Source: an uncultured Acidobacteriaceae bacterium (GTDB lineage: Bacteria; Acidobacteriota; Terriglobia; Terriglobales; Acidobacteriaceae). From it: a DNA stretch of 64,000 bases. Below are positions 11,005 to 20,971 of the stretch, piece after piece. Location of the stretch: assembly GCA_963774835.1 (NCBI GenBank), contig CAVZGS010000008.1, positions 2,206 through 66,205 of the forward strand. Direction: 5' to 3'. Position 1 is the stretch's first letter; every line of letters begins with the position of its first letter. The translations under genes and the position numbers were made by a program. The notes under the pieces are model-generated. The model was given only the letters and a program-made list of their open reading frames with translations. It searched no databases and had not been told where the DNA came from.

Positions 11005-11059
11005 ACTAGGCAACATTCATACACTTTAACGAGAGTGTGGACATTTGGAGGGTCGGAGC

Positions 11060-13485
11060 ATGTCTGTGGGCAAGAGGCTATCGGCGGTTGCGGGAGTTGT
11101 TGTTGGGTGCTGTCTTACGGTAAGCGGAGTGGCGCAGGGGAGGCAGTATACGACCGAGGATTATGCGCGGGCCGAGAAGTTCATGGGGTACAACGTGAAT
11201 TCGCTGGTGTATCACGGCGTGGCACGCCCTACGTGGATGGGGGACGGGCGGTTCTGGTATCGGGACAGCGGGCCGGACGGGGTGACGTTTATGGTGGTCG
11301 ATCCGGTGAAGGGGACGAAGACGCCGGCGTTCGACCAGGAGAAGCTGGCGGCCGCGCTGACCGCGTCGACGGCAGGAAAGATGAAGGCGGACGCGCACCA
11401 TCTGGTGATCTCGGAGATCGCTTTTTCCGATGGAGACAAGACGGTCGTTGTGGGGAATGGATCGCGTTCGTTTCGCTGCGACTTGAGCGGGGCGGGCGTG
11501 TGCACGGAGATCATTGCTCCGGGAGCGAAGCCAGTTGAGGCGGGGCAGCCGGGTGGCAGGGTGCGTGCTGCCACGGACTTGTCGCCGGACAAGACTAAGG
11601 CGGCGTTTATTCGCGACTGGAACCTGTGGGTCCGCGATCTGGCGACGGGTAAGGAGACGCAACTGACCAAGGACGGCGTGAAGGACTTTGGTTATGCGAC
11701 CGACAACGCGGGATGGACGATGAGCGACAACCCGATTCTGGTGTGGTCGCCGGATTCGAAGAAGATCGCGACGTTTCAGCAGGACCAGCGCAAGGATGGC
11801 GAGATGTACCTGGTCCCGGTGACCAATGGCCATCCAGCCTTGAAGGCGTGGAAGTACCCGCTGGTTGGCGATAAAGACGTGACGATGATCGAGCGCGTCA
11901 TTATCGAAGTGGACAAGGGGAAGGTGATTCGCCTGAAGATGCCGCCGAGACCAGCACCGGTCGACCCTATGCGATGACGTGAGCTGCCGCGGCGGGAGTG
12001 GATGGGACGATGTGCAGTGGAGCGACGACGCTACTCATCTGGCCTTCGTTTCGACTTCGCGCGACCATAAGCAGGAGTGGATGCGGATTGCCGATGCCTC
12101 GAATGGCGATGTGCGCGATGTGATGGGCGAGACTACGGCGAAGTTCTATGAGAGCGGCAACGACAAGGTGAACTGGAAGTATCTGTCGAAGACGAATGAG
12201 CTGCTGTGGTTCAGCGAGAAGGACAACTGGGGGCAGATGTATCTCTACGACATGGCGACTGGTAAGTTGAAGAACCAGATTACGCATGGTGAAGGGAACG
12301 TCACGCAGGTGCTGCATGTGGACGAGAGTACGCGGACGATCTATTTCGTTGGAGTTGGAAAAGAGCCGGGGGTCGATCCGTACTTCCAGCACTACTACAG
12401 CATCAAGTTCGACGGGTCAGGCATGAAGCTGTTGACGCCGGAGAATGCGGACGCATGCGATTACGCCCTCGCCTGATGGACGGTACTTTGTCGACGTGTA
12501 CTCGACTGCGACGCAGCCAGAGACGGCGGTGGTCAGGGACGACACCGGCAAGGTCGTCGTTGATGTGGCGAAGCAGGACATTACGAAGCTGTTGGCTGCG
12601 GGCTGGGTCGCTCCGGTGCCGATTACCGTGAAGGCACGCGACGGGAAGACGGACTTGTATGGCTATATGTTCAAGCCGACGGACTTCGATGCTTCAAAGA
12701 GATATCCGATTGTGAACCATGTTTATCCGGGGCCGCAGACTGGCTCTTGCGGAGGGCGAGGCTTTGCTGCAGCGCATGGAGATTCACAGTCGCTGGCGGA
12801 GCTTGGTTTTATCGTCGTGTGTATCGATGGGATGGGAACGCCGTGGCGGTCGAAGGAGTTTCATGAGGCGTACTACGGCAATCTGGGCGATAACACGATT
12901 CCGGACCAGGTTTCGGGTATGAAGGACCTGGCGGCGAAGTATCCGTGGATCGATCTCGATAAAGTTGGCATGTATGGACATTCGGGCGGCGGCAATGCGA
13001 CGGCAGCGGCGATGTTCCACTATCCGGACTTCTTCAAGGTCGGGATTGCGGAGAGCGGCAACCACGACCAACGCGACTATGAGGACGACTGGGCGGAGAA
13101 GTGGTCGGGCTTACTGGTGAAGAACGCTGACGGCACATCGAACTACGACAGCCAGGCCAATCAGAACTTCGTGAAGAACCTTAAAGGGCATCTCTTGTTG
13201 GCGCATGGGACGATGGACAACAACGTGCCGCTGAATAACACGCTGCTTGTGGTCGAGGCTTTGATCAAGGCGAACAAGGACTTTGATCTTCTGATCATTC
13301 CGAACGTCGCGCATGGTTACGGTGAGGCCTCGCAGTACATGACGCGGCGGCGGTGGGACTATTTTGTGAAGAACCTCGCGGGCAATGTTCCGCCGCATGA
13401 GTATGAGATGAAGTCCTTTGCGGCGGTAATGTCTGCGATGCGCAACGGACCGTACGATGCGGACGATGCGTTCGACGAACAATAG
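11060..13485 (+). CDS. S9 family dipeptidyl peptidase IV-like protein (2 frameshifts)
   Basis: DPP IV N-terminal WSPD repeats; GHSGGG nucleophile, HGTMDNNV, H in VAHG. Confidence 0.9.
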
Positions 13486-13502
13486 CTGGGTGTAACGAAT
13501 TG

Positions 13503-13545
13503 GGCCGGCGGAGCGCTAAGGCGCGCTTTGCCGGCCTTTTTTGTT
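13503..13545 (+). terminator. Rho-independent terminator between convergent genes
   Basis: GGCCGGCGGAGCGC...GCGCTTTGCCGGCC plus T-tract. Confidence 0.75.
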
Positions 13546-13550
13546 GCCGG

Positions 13551-14174
13551 CTAGAGCCAGCCTTTGGCGCGGGCGATGCGGGCGGCGTCGACGCGATTGG
13601 AGGCGCCTAGTTTGGCGATGGCTTCGGAGAGATAGTTGCGGACGGTGCCTTCGGAGAGGTGAAGCTCGGCGGCGATCTCGGTGCTGCTGCGGCCGTCGCC
13701 GGCGCGTTGCAGGATCTGGCGCTCGCGGTCGGTGAGGGGATCGAGCTCGGCGTTCCAGGCTTCGGTGGCCAGTGCCGGGTCGACTACGCGGAGACCGCGG
13801 TGGACGCGGCGTACGGCTTCGGCAAGCTCGGCCGCGGGGCGGTCTTTAAGCAGATAGCCGCGGGCGCCAGCGTCGAGTGCGCGGCGGAGATAGCCGGGGC
13901 GCGCGAAGGTGGTGAGGATGATGGTGCGCACGGCGGGATGGCTGGTGCGCAGGCTGGCGGCGAGTTCGAGGCCGGTCATGATGGGCATCTCGATGTCGGT
14001 GACGAGGACGTTGGGAGTGAGGCTGGCGACCGCGTTGAGCGCCTCGCGACCGTTAGCGGCGCAGGCCACGACGGAGATGTCGGGTTCGAGTTCGAGGAGC
14101 GCGGAGAGGGCGCCGAGGACCATGGTCTGGTCTTCGGCGAGGACGACGCGGATGGATCCGTTTGATGCGGTCAT
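13551..14174 (-). CDS. NarL/DesR-like response regulator
   Basis: Receiver (DIEMP, LTTFARPGY) plus LuxR HTH (LSEGTVRNY). Confidence 0.93.
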   Translation of the reverse strand: MTASNGSIRVVLAEDQTMVLGALSALLELEPDISVVACAANGREALNAVASLTPNVLVTDIEMPIMTGLELAASLRTSHPAVRTIILTTFARPGYLRRALDAGARGYLLKDRPAAELAEAVRRVHRGLRVVDPALATEAWNAELDPLTDRERQILQRAGDGRSSTEIAAELHLSEGTVRNYLSEAIAKLGASNRVDAARIARAKGWL

Positions 14175-15310
14175 AGAGATGCACAGGACGCCTTGAGCTG
14201 GGGCGCAACCGTTTGCGGGAGCTCGATGAGGAGGGAGACGCCCGGGTCAGTGGTGATGGAGAGACGACCGCCGAGAGACTGGACGCGCTCGCGCATGCCA
14301 CGAAGACCGTTGCCTTCCTGGAGCTTCGGGTGGGAGCCGTTATCGGTGATGAGGAGCGAATGGTAGCCGTCAGGGGAGGTGGTGAATTGCATGCGGCAAT
14401 GCGTGGCCCGAGCGTGGCGCACGATGTTTGTGACTGCTTCGCGAACCGCCAGGCAGAGCACAGTCTCTTCCGTGGCGTGGAGTTGGGGCAGAGGGGATTC
14501 GCAAGACAGCGTTACGCCTGCTGCCTGGAGGGTGTTGCGGGCGAGTTCCATTTCGGCGGGCAGGCCCTGGGAGCGGTAGCCACCGATAGCTTCGCGTACT
14601 TCGCTGAGGGCCGTTCGAGCGGTTCTTTCGACGTCGGCGATCTCCTGGGCGGCGCGTTGCGGATCGCGTTCGATGAGGCGTCCGGCCAGCTCTGCTTTGA
14701 GCACGATGACCGATAAGGTGTGGCCGAGGACGTCGTGAAGGTCGCGGGCGATGCGTTCGCGTTCGGCCACCGCGGCGAGGGCGAGGTTTTCTTCCTGGGC
14801 GAGGCGGAGCTTGTGATCGGCGCGCCTCTGCTGTGCGAAGAAGATGTTGCCGGTGCCGATGATGAGGACGAGAAAGATGGCGATGAGAACGTTGGGCCAT
14901 TCGATATAGAAGAGGCGTCCGCGGGTGTGGAAGAGGTAGCCTTCCGCGAGGATGATGAGCGATTCGATGAAAAATAGTGAGAGGACGACTCGTGTGAGCC
15001 TGAAGGCGAAGGGGAGGAAGGCGGCGGCGTAGACGAAAAATGTGGATGCGCCCGGATTCCAGGGGAAGGTGATCAGGCCGAGGACGAAGATCGCGGCAAT
15101 CATCCAGAAGCGAACTTGACTTCCTTCGTCGGTGGAGCGGACGTAGGCGACGAAGATGCCGAGAAAGACCGCGAACACGGCGATAGTGGCAATCCATAGA
15201 CGCAGGCTTGGCTCCAGGATGGGGTCGATAAAGAGGAAGCCGACGTAGGCAAGCCAGATGTAGGCCCAACCGCTGCGGGGCTTCTTCGGGATGGTGTCGG
15301 TGGCGCTCAT
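14171..15310 (-). CDS. DesK-like sensor histidine kinase (HisKA_3)
   Basis: ERERIARDLHDVLGH, REAVTN, GLRGMRER; multiple N-terminal TM segments. Confidence 0.93.
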   Translation of the reverse strand: MSATDTIPKKPRSGWAYIWLAYVGFLFIDPILEPSLRLWIATIAVFAVFLGIFVAYVRSTDEGSQVRFWMIAAIFVLGLITFPWNPGASTFFVYAAAFLPFAFRLTRVVLSLFFIESLIILAEGYLFHTRGRLFYIEWPNVLIAIFLVLIIGTGNIFFAQQRRADHKLRLAQEENLALAAVAERERIARDLHDVLGHTLSVIVLKAELAGRLIERDPQRAAQEIADVERTARTALSEVREAIGGYRSQGLPAEMELARNTLQAAGVTLSCESPLPQLHATEETVLCLAVREAVTNIVRHARATHCRMQFTTSPDGYHSLLITDNGSHPKLQEGNGLRGMRERVQSLGGRLSITTDPGVSLLIELPQTVAPQLKASCASL

Positions 15311-15357
15311 GATTGCCCCTGCAGTTTACTCCGTGGAGGTTTGAACTTTGGTTGAGG

Positions 15358-16161
15358 TTACGCGTTCTGCTCTTTGCGATGGAAGATGAGCCAGCTGAGG
15401 CCGAGCATCAGGAGAGTGAAGCCGATGAGTGCGTTCCAGTGGGCAGCGAGGGACATGGAGTCTTGATAGCCGAAGATGCTGAGCATGAGCTGGGAGAGAT
15501 GATAGGTCGGCAGTGCCGGCGCGAAGACTTGCAGCCAATGCGGCATGAAGCGGAGTGGCATCCACAGGCCGCTGAGGAAGGACATCGGCAGATAGATGAG
15601 GTTGACGATGGCGGGCGCAGCGTTGGCCGGGACGAGCTGGGCTAGCAGGAGACCCATGCTGGCGAAGCTGATAGAGCCGACGATCGTCATACCCAGCATT
15701 TTGACCAGTTCGGTGGCCGAGAGGGAGACGCCGCCGAGGGTCGTAGCGACTGCGGTGAGAATGCTGACGATGATGATTCCGAAGGCAACAGCGGAGGCAC
15801 ACTTCGCGAAGAGGTATGCTGAGGCCGGCATTGGGCTGGCGCGCTTGAGTTCCAACCAGCCCGCGGCCAGCTCTGAGGCCACGCCGACACCGATGCCGAA
15901 GAGCGCAGCGCCGATGAGACCGAAACAAGCGTAGCTGCCGAGCATGTACTTCGCTACATGTACGTTGCCCGCGTAGGCGTTACGGTTTGCGATGCCGAAG
16001 AGCACGTAGAACATGACGGGAAAGCCGATAGTGGAGAGCGAGAACGATTTGGTGCGCAGCAGTTTGAGGAACTCGTATTTTGTCTCCTTGCGGAAGATAC
16101 GAATGGTGTGCGCGGAGCCGGTCGCTGTTGGTAGCGAATGAGTGATTGCTGAGGTTGCCAT
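15358..16161 (-). CDS. ABC-2 type transporter permease
   Basis: Six TM segments, FLSGLWMP, LPTYH. Confidence 0.88.
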   Translation of the reverse strand: MATSAITHSLPTATGSAHTIRIFRKETKYEFLKLLRTKSFSLSTIGFPVMFYVLFGIANRNAYAGNVHVAKYMLGSYACFGLIGAALFGIGVGVASELAAGWLELKRASPMPASAYLFAKCASAVAFGIIIVSILTAVATTLGGVSLSATELVKMLGMTIVGSISFASMGLLLAQLVPANAAPAIVNLIYLPMSFLSGLWMPLRFMPHWLQVFAPALPTYHLSQLMLSIFGYQDSMSLAAHWNALIGFTLLMLGLSWLIFHRKEQNA

Positions 16162-16205
16162 GTTTTTCTCCTGACTAAGTGGGTCGCTTGCAGCGGGCTT
16201 CGAGG

Positions 16206-17150
16206 CTACTGATTTTTTGTCAGTGCGAGGAAGGCGTCTTCGAGGGCGGGATTTGCGACTTCGAGGCCGCTGAGAGTTTCATCGCGCAGGAGCATCTCGC
16301 GGAGTACGGTCTCTGCCTCGGTTGCGGTTACGACGACTGCGCCTGCATTGAACTCGACACTGGTTACGCTGGGGAGCGTGATCAGGAACTCTCTGGAGAG
16401 GTCCGTATGGCAGCGGATGGTGCGATCTCCGCTGTTGCGCTTGATCTCGGATGGAGTTCCTTCGCTGATGACGCGGCCCTTGTTGATGACGATGATGCGA
16501 TGGGCGAGGGCGTCAGCCTCTTCGAGGTAGTGGGTGGTGAGGAGAACGGTCTTTCCCTGGGTGGACATGCAGCGGACCTGGTGCCAGAGGGCGCGGCGGG
16601 ACTCGATGTCAAGGCCGACGGTGGGCTCGTCGAGGAAGATTAGGTCGGGGTCGCCGCAGATGGCGAGGGCGAAGAGGACGCGCTGCTTCTGGCCACCACT
16701 GAGTTGGCCGAAGAGGCGATCTTCGAGGCCCTGGAGCTGGGCGATGCGGAGGACCTCTGGCATGGGGAGTGGATGGGGATAGTAGCTGCGGAAGAGGTCG
16801 AGGTGATCGCGGACGCGGAGGGCTTCCGTGACGCGTGCCACTTGCAGCATGGCGCCGACACGGGTGCGGGTGGTGGCTTCGCGGGGGTCGCTGCCGAAGA
16901 CCCGTGCGGCGCCGGAGGTGGGGGCGATGAGGCCGAGGAGCAGTTTGACTGCGGTAGATTTGCCTGCACCGTTGGGACCGAGGAGAGCGACGACTTCGCC
17001 GGGCCGGAGCGAGAGGCTCAGGTTGTCGAGGGCGACGGTTGAGCCATAGCGCTTGGTGATGTTGGTGAGCGTGGCGATGGGTCGCTGCGGCACTAACGCG
17101 GGTGCCTCTGCGATTGGTTCCGTCTCGTAGGCGATTGCGCTCAACGGCAT
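16206..17150 (-). CDS. ABC transporter ATP-binding protein
   Basis: GPNGAGKST, LSGGQ, LDEPT; AGGAGA SD before the ATG at 17150. Confidence 0.93.
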   Translation of the reverse strand: MPLSAIAYETEPIAEAPALVPQRPIATLTNITKRYGSTVALDNLSLSLRPGEVVALLGPNGAGKSTAVKLLLGLIAPTSGAARVFGSDPREATTRTRVGAMLQVARVTEALRVRDHLDLFRSYYPHPLPMPEVLRIAQLQGLEDRLFGQLSGGQKQRVLFALAICGDPDLIFLDEPTVGLDIESRRALWHQVRCMSTQGKTVLLTTHYLEEADALAHRIIVINKGRVISEGTPSEIKRNSGDRTIRCHTDLSREFLITLPSVTSVEFNAGAVVVTATEAETVLREMLLRDETLSGLEVANPALEDAFLALTKNQ

Positions 17151-17220
17151 GATCGGTCTCCTTTTTCTGCTTACAAGAGAGATCATGGGCCGATTTGCGC
17201 GGTGGCAGTAGTGTCGGGCG

Positions 17221-18071
17221 TCAGGAATCGGAGGTGACAGTTGTCATGTGACGGGTCGCCATCTGGATGACTTCCGCTGGAGACAGGCCTTGTTGGCGGA
17301 GAGTGCGGATGGCGAGGGCGTCGTGGCGCTTGGCGAGGCGGATGCCATGCTCGTCGGTGAGGAGGTGGGTGTGGAAGTATGTGGGCGTGGCGAGATTGAG
17401 GGCGCGCTGGAGGAGGAGTTGGCGGGCAGTGGATTTGAGGAGGTCGCGGCCGCGGACTACCTCGGTGATGTTGGTGACGGCGTCGTCGACTACACATGCC
17501 AGCTGGTAGCTGGGGAGACCGTCCTTCCGGCAGACCAGGAAGTCTCCGAAGTCTTTGCCTGCGGTGAAGGACTGTGGGCCGAGGTTTTTGTCTTCGAAGT
17601 TGATCGTTTGGCCGTCGGGGACGCGGAAGCGGTAGTTAATGTTGGACTGGAAGGGTGTTTTGTGCGGTGCCCCGTCGAGGGCTGGGCGGCATATGCTTGG
17701 GTAGACGGGTTCGTCGTCGTTGTCTTCGTGAGGAGCGTGCATCATGGCGGCGAGGTCTTTGCGGCTGCAATGGCAGGGGTAGATGTGTCCGGTAATGAGG
17801 AGTTGATTGAGGGCTTCGCGGTAGAGCGGGAGGCGTTGAGATTGGTAGAGAACGGGAGGGTGCCAGGAGATGCCAAGCCATGTGAGGTCTTCGAGGATGG
17901 CTTCGGTGAAGTGTGGTTTTGAGCGTTGTGTGTCGAGGTCTTCGATGCGGAGGAGGAGTTTGCCTTAGCGGCTTGGGCCCGCTGGTGGGCCGCATGGAAC
18001 GTGGCGGCGTGACCGAGATGGAGCAGACCGGTGGGGCTTGGGGCGAGGCGTCCGATGTAGGGGCGGGTCAT
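17221..18071 (-). CDS. gluQ: Glutamyl-Q tRNA(Asp) synthetase (frameshifted)
   Basis: GRLAPSPTGLLHLGH, YQLACVVDD, VVRGRDLL, RLAKR; no anticodon-binding domain. Confidence 0.85.
17235..17246. promoter_or_regulatory. Putative DesR-type binding palindrome
   Basis: TGACA-gt-TGTCA about 85 bp upstream of the ABC/kinase/regulator operon. Confidence 0.6.
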
Positions 18072-18075
18072 TCTT

Positions 18076-18483
18076 CTATTCGATTAGAAATTCGGGATCG
18101 ATGGGGATTTGCAGTGCGGTTGCGAGGGCGTTGGTCTGGGAGGCCATACCGATGACGGCGAGGAGTTCGGCGTGCTGGTGGTCGGTGAGCCCTTTCGCTC
18201 GGGCCGCGGCGGTGTGGGAGTGGATGCAGTAGCTGCAGCTATTGATGGTGGAGACGGCGATGTAGATGAGCTCTTTGGTGAGTGGGTCGAGGGCCCCGGG
18301 CGCGATCATGACCTGCTTGATGCTGGACCAGGTGCGTTCGAGGAGTTCCGGTTGGTTGGCGAGGGCCCGCCAGAAGTTATTGACGAAGTCGGATTTTCGC
18401 GTGGCGCGGATGTCGTCAAAGACTGACTGGAGGCGGGGGTTGGCGGAGATTTCGGCGTCGGTGAGGAGTTTTGCGGTGGGCAT
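18076..18483 (-). CDS. Carboxymuconolactone decarboxylase/AhpD family protein
   Basis: KELIYIAVSTINSCSYCIHSH. Confidence 0.88.
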   Translation of the reverse strand: MPTAKLLTDAEISANPRLQSVFDDIRATRKSDFVNNFWRALANQPELLERTWSSIKQVMIAPGALDPLTKELIYIAVSTINSCSYCIHSHTAAARAKGLTDHQHAELLAVIGMASQTNALATALQIPIDPEFLIE

Positions 18484-18649
18484 GGAGGGGTTCCTAGGTC
18501 GGGGAAAATGAGGTAGGTTTCTGTCGTCCAACGTGGAAGGGTGGATTATAGGGGGCGCTCGCGTTGACTGAGTGGGATACTCGGATATGGGCACTCCAAA
18601 GTATGCTCTTAAGAATTGAATAGAAAAAGTCGGTATTCTTGACCGCTTC

Positions 18650-19160
18650 CTGCATCAGATGCTTTCGATGAAATCGAAGTTAGGGGTGTAGTTCACAGCG
18701 TTCTCTCTCATACGCTGTCTGAACAATGTGTCATCGCGACCTATGACCGTGCAATCGGCAATGTGAAAGCATCCGAGTTGACATCGAGAGTCTCTGGCCT
18801 AATACGCCATTCGATCGGCTGAGTCACTGGTCTGAGATGACGCTGGCGAGAAGGGTGAAGCTTTTGGATGTCAAGATGCAGGAGATATACGCTTGTTTTT
18901 ACCGGCAATTGAGTTGGAACGTTCACGCCGGACTACAGGGCGTGACGGGGTTGAAGCCCGAAACGTTCGCTCATATGTGTGGCATGAGCTTCAACCTCGC
19001 AGCCCTGGTCCACGAAATAGTAATTCGTAGCGTCGTCAAAACTTTCCACCTTTCAGCTCACGATCCTCTAATCGAGAACAAGATGAAATTTGCTCGATAC
19101 ATTACTCTCACTGAAAACGCCGAAGACGAGTGGCTGCTTCGGCGAAATCTTAGCCTTTAG
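18650..19160 (+). pseudogene. Truncated low-GC gene remnant, DUF5677-like C-terminus
   Basis: In-frame HWSEMTLARR...IYACFYRQLSWNVH; no intact 5' part; atypical composition. Confidence 0.4.
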
Positions 19161-19188
19161 AGTAGCCTCCCCGTTCTTAAATGGTCTC

Positions 19189-20514
19189 TTACATATAGTC
19201 GACGCCGTATTGGACGGGGATTTGGGTGAAGGCTATGCGGGTGGGGGCGGATTCGCGGGCGGGAAGCATGCCGGCGAAATGGAGGGTGGTGTGGCCGTAC
19301 TTGAGGTTGAGCTTGTCCATGGTGGCGGATAGGTCGGCGCGGTTGTTGGGGTCGGCGAAGAGCTCGGCCTGGTGTTCGTCTTCGGGAATAAGGTCGCGCA
19401 TGGTGATGCCGACGAAGAAGGGCCTTTGGAACTCGGGGCCCTGCGGGCGCTGCGACCAGAGCGAGCGCAGAATTTCGAGCAGGGTCAGGGTGTCCTGGCA
19501 GTCGCGGAAGCGCGCCTCCATGCCCCAGCCGGAGTGCTTGATGCCGGAGTAGTGTTTCTTTGATTTTGTGCGTTCGGCCTGTTCGCGGGTGAGCTGGTAG
19601 CGGATGGTGACGGCGAGGGAGCCGGTGTAGAAGTGCTCCATGCGGAGGCGCATGGCGGCCTTGTGGAGGAGCTTGTGGGCGACGGCCCAGGAGCCTTCGG
19701 GGGAGCGGTGCTCGGGCGCGAGGACGTGGGAGTGGCCGAGGGACTTTTGGACTTCGGCCTGGGTGACGTTGTTGCCTGATGCGTCTTCGGTTTGGGCGCC
19801 GCGGAGCCAGTGGTACATGCGGTTGCCCCAGACGGAGTCGAAGAGCTTGCCCATCTGGTGGTGATCGAGTGCCAGGAGCTGCTCCATGGTAGTGATGCCT
19901 TTGTTGTTCAGGCGGAGTTCGGTGCGGGCGCCTATGCCGGGCAGGTCGCGTAGTTCGAGGTGGGCGATGGCCCGGGGAAGTTGCGAGGGGAGAAGGCCGA
20001 TGAGACCGTCGGGCTTTTGCATGTCGCTGGCGATTTTTGCGAGGTAGCGGTTGGGGGCCATGCCGATGGAGCAGCGCAGGGCTTCGCCGACATTCTTGTA
20101 GATGGACTCTTTGATATCGAGGGCGATCTTGCGGGCGCGGGGCGGTTCCTGCTCGCGGCCCATGAGCTGGCAGACCATCTCGTCGATCGATGGGTTATGG
20201 GAGACGGGGCAGGCGAGGTCAACCGCTTCAGTGATGGCGTGGGAGTATTTGGCATACTCGGTGTGGCTGCCCTCGATGAGGACGATTTCGGGGCACTTCT
20301 TTTTGGCTTCGCCGACCTGAGTGCCGGTTTTGATGCCGAAGGCCTTTGCTTCATAGCTGGCGGCGATGCAGACGGTGGTGTCGGCCTTGGTAGGGACGAC
20401 GGCGAGGGGCTTTCCGCGGTATTCCGGGTGGCGCTGTTGCTCGACCGATGCGAAGAAGCTGTTCAGGTCTATGTGCAGGTAGGTGAAGCGGTCGGGATGG
20501 GCGGGGATTGGCAC
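19189..20514 (-). CDS. dinB: Y-family DNA polymerase IV
   Basis: HIDLNSFFASVE, AASYEAK, SIDE, LAKIASD, PGIG. Confidence 0.9.
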   Translation of the reverse strand: MPIPAHPDRFTYLHIDLNSFFASVEQQRHPEYRGKPLAVVPTKADTTVCIAASYEAKAFGIKTGTQVGEAKKKCPEIVLIEGSHTEYAKYSHAITEAVDLACPVSHNPSIDEMVCQLMGREQEPPRARKIALDIKESIYKNVGEALRCSIGMAPNRYLAKIASDMQKPDGLIGLLPSQLPRAIAHLELRDLPGIGARTELRLNNKGITTMEQLLALDHHQMGKLFDSVWGNRMYHWLRGAQTEDASGNNVTQAEVQKSLGHSHVLAPEHRSPEGSWAVAHKLLHKAAMRLRMEHFYTGSLAVTIRYQLTREQAERTKSKKHYSGIKHSGWGMEARFRDCQDTLTLLEILRSLWSQRPQGPEFQRPFFVGITMRDLIPEDEHQAELFADPNNRADLSATMDKLNLKYGHTTLHFAGMLPARESAPTRIAFTQIPVQYGVDYM

Positions 20515-20529
20515 AGGCTGTGTGGAGCA

Positions 20530-20552
20530 ATTATATTCGCTTTTTATTTGCC
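20530..20552 (-). promoter_or_regulatory. dinB -10 box with an abutting 11-bp-period direct repeat (possible SOS box)
   Basis: Minus strand GGCAAA-taaaa-AGCGAA-TATAAT, 15 nt before the GTG start. Confidence 0.45.
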
Positions 20553-20861
20553 TTCGATTACGTCGTAGGTGATGCCAAATGGGTCGCGGAAGTAGAGCGA
20601 ATTTCGGTCTTCCCGGAGGATGATGCAGCCGTTATCCAATAGCGCTTGCTTCGCCGCGCTTATGTCTTTGACGGTAAAGCTTGGAATGGGCGGTTGTGTG
20701 TTCAAGTCACGGTTTACATAGAGGAGAAAGTGCCCCGTGTCGTACTCGAGGTATGCCTCGGACCTGGTCAACAGGGTGAATTTCATCACGTTGGTGTAGA
20801 AGTTCTCCGCAGCGGTGATGTCTACGAGATGAATGGCGACACAGTTGTTCGACTTGAACAT
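20544..20861 (-). CDS. VOC/glyoxalase family protein
   Basis: AENFYTNVM, SFTVKDI, YFRDPFG. Confidence 0.8.
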   Translation of the reverse strand: MFKSNNCVAIHLVDITAAENFYTNVMKFTLLTRSEAYLEYDTGHFLLYVNRDLNTQPPIPSFTVKDISAAKQALLDNGCIILREDRNSLYFRDPFGITYDVIEGK

Positions 20862-20971
20862 TTCGGCACGCTCCTGCCGTTGTTTGATGTCGATTGTAGC
20901 GACTTTGCCGTGTGACGGGATTTTGACGTGCGCCAGACCGGAGATGGGACGCGCTGCTAGAATCTCGTTCT

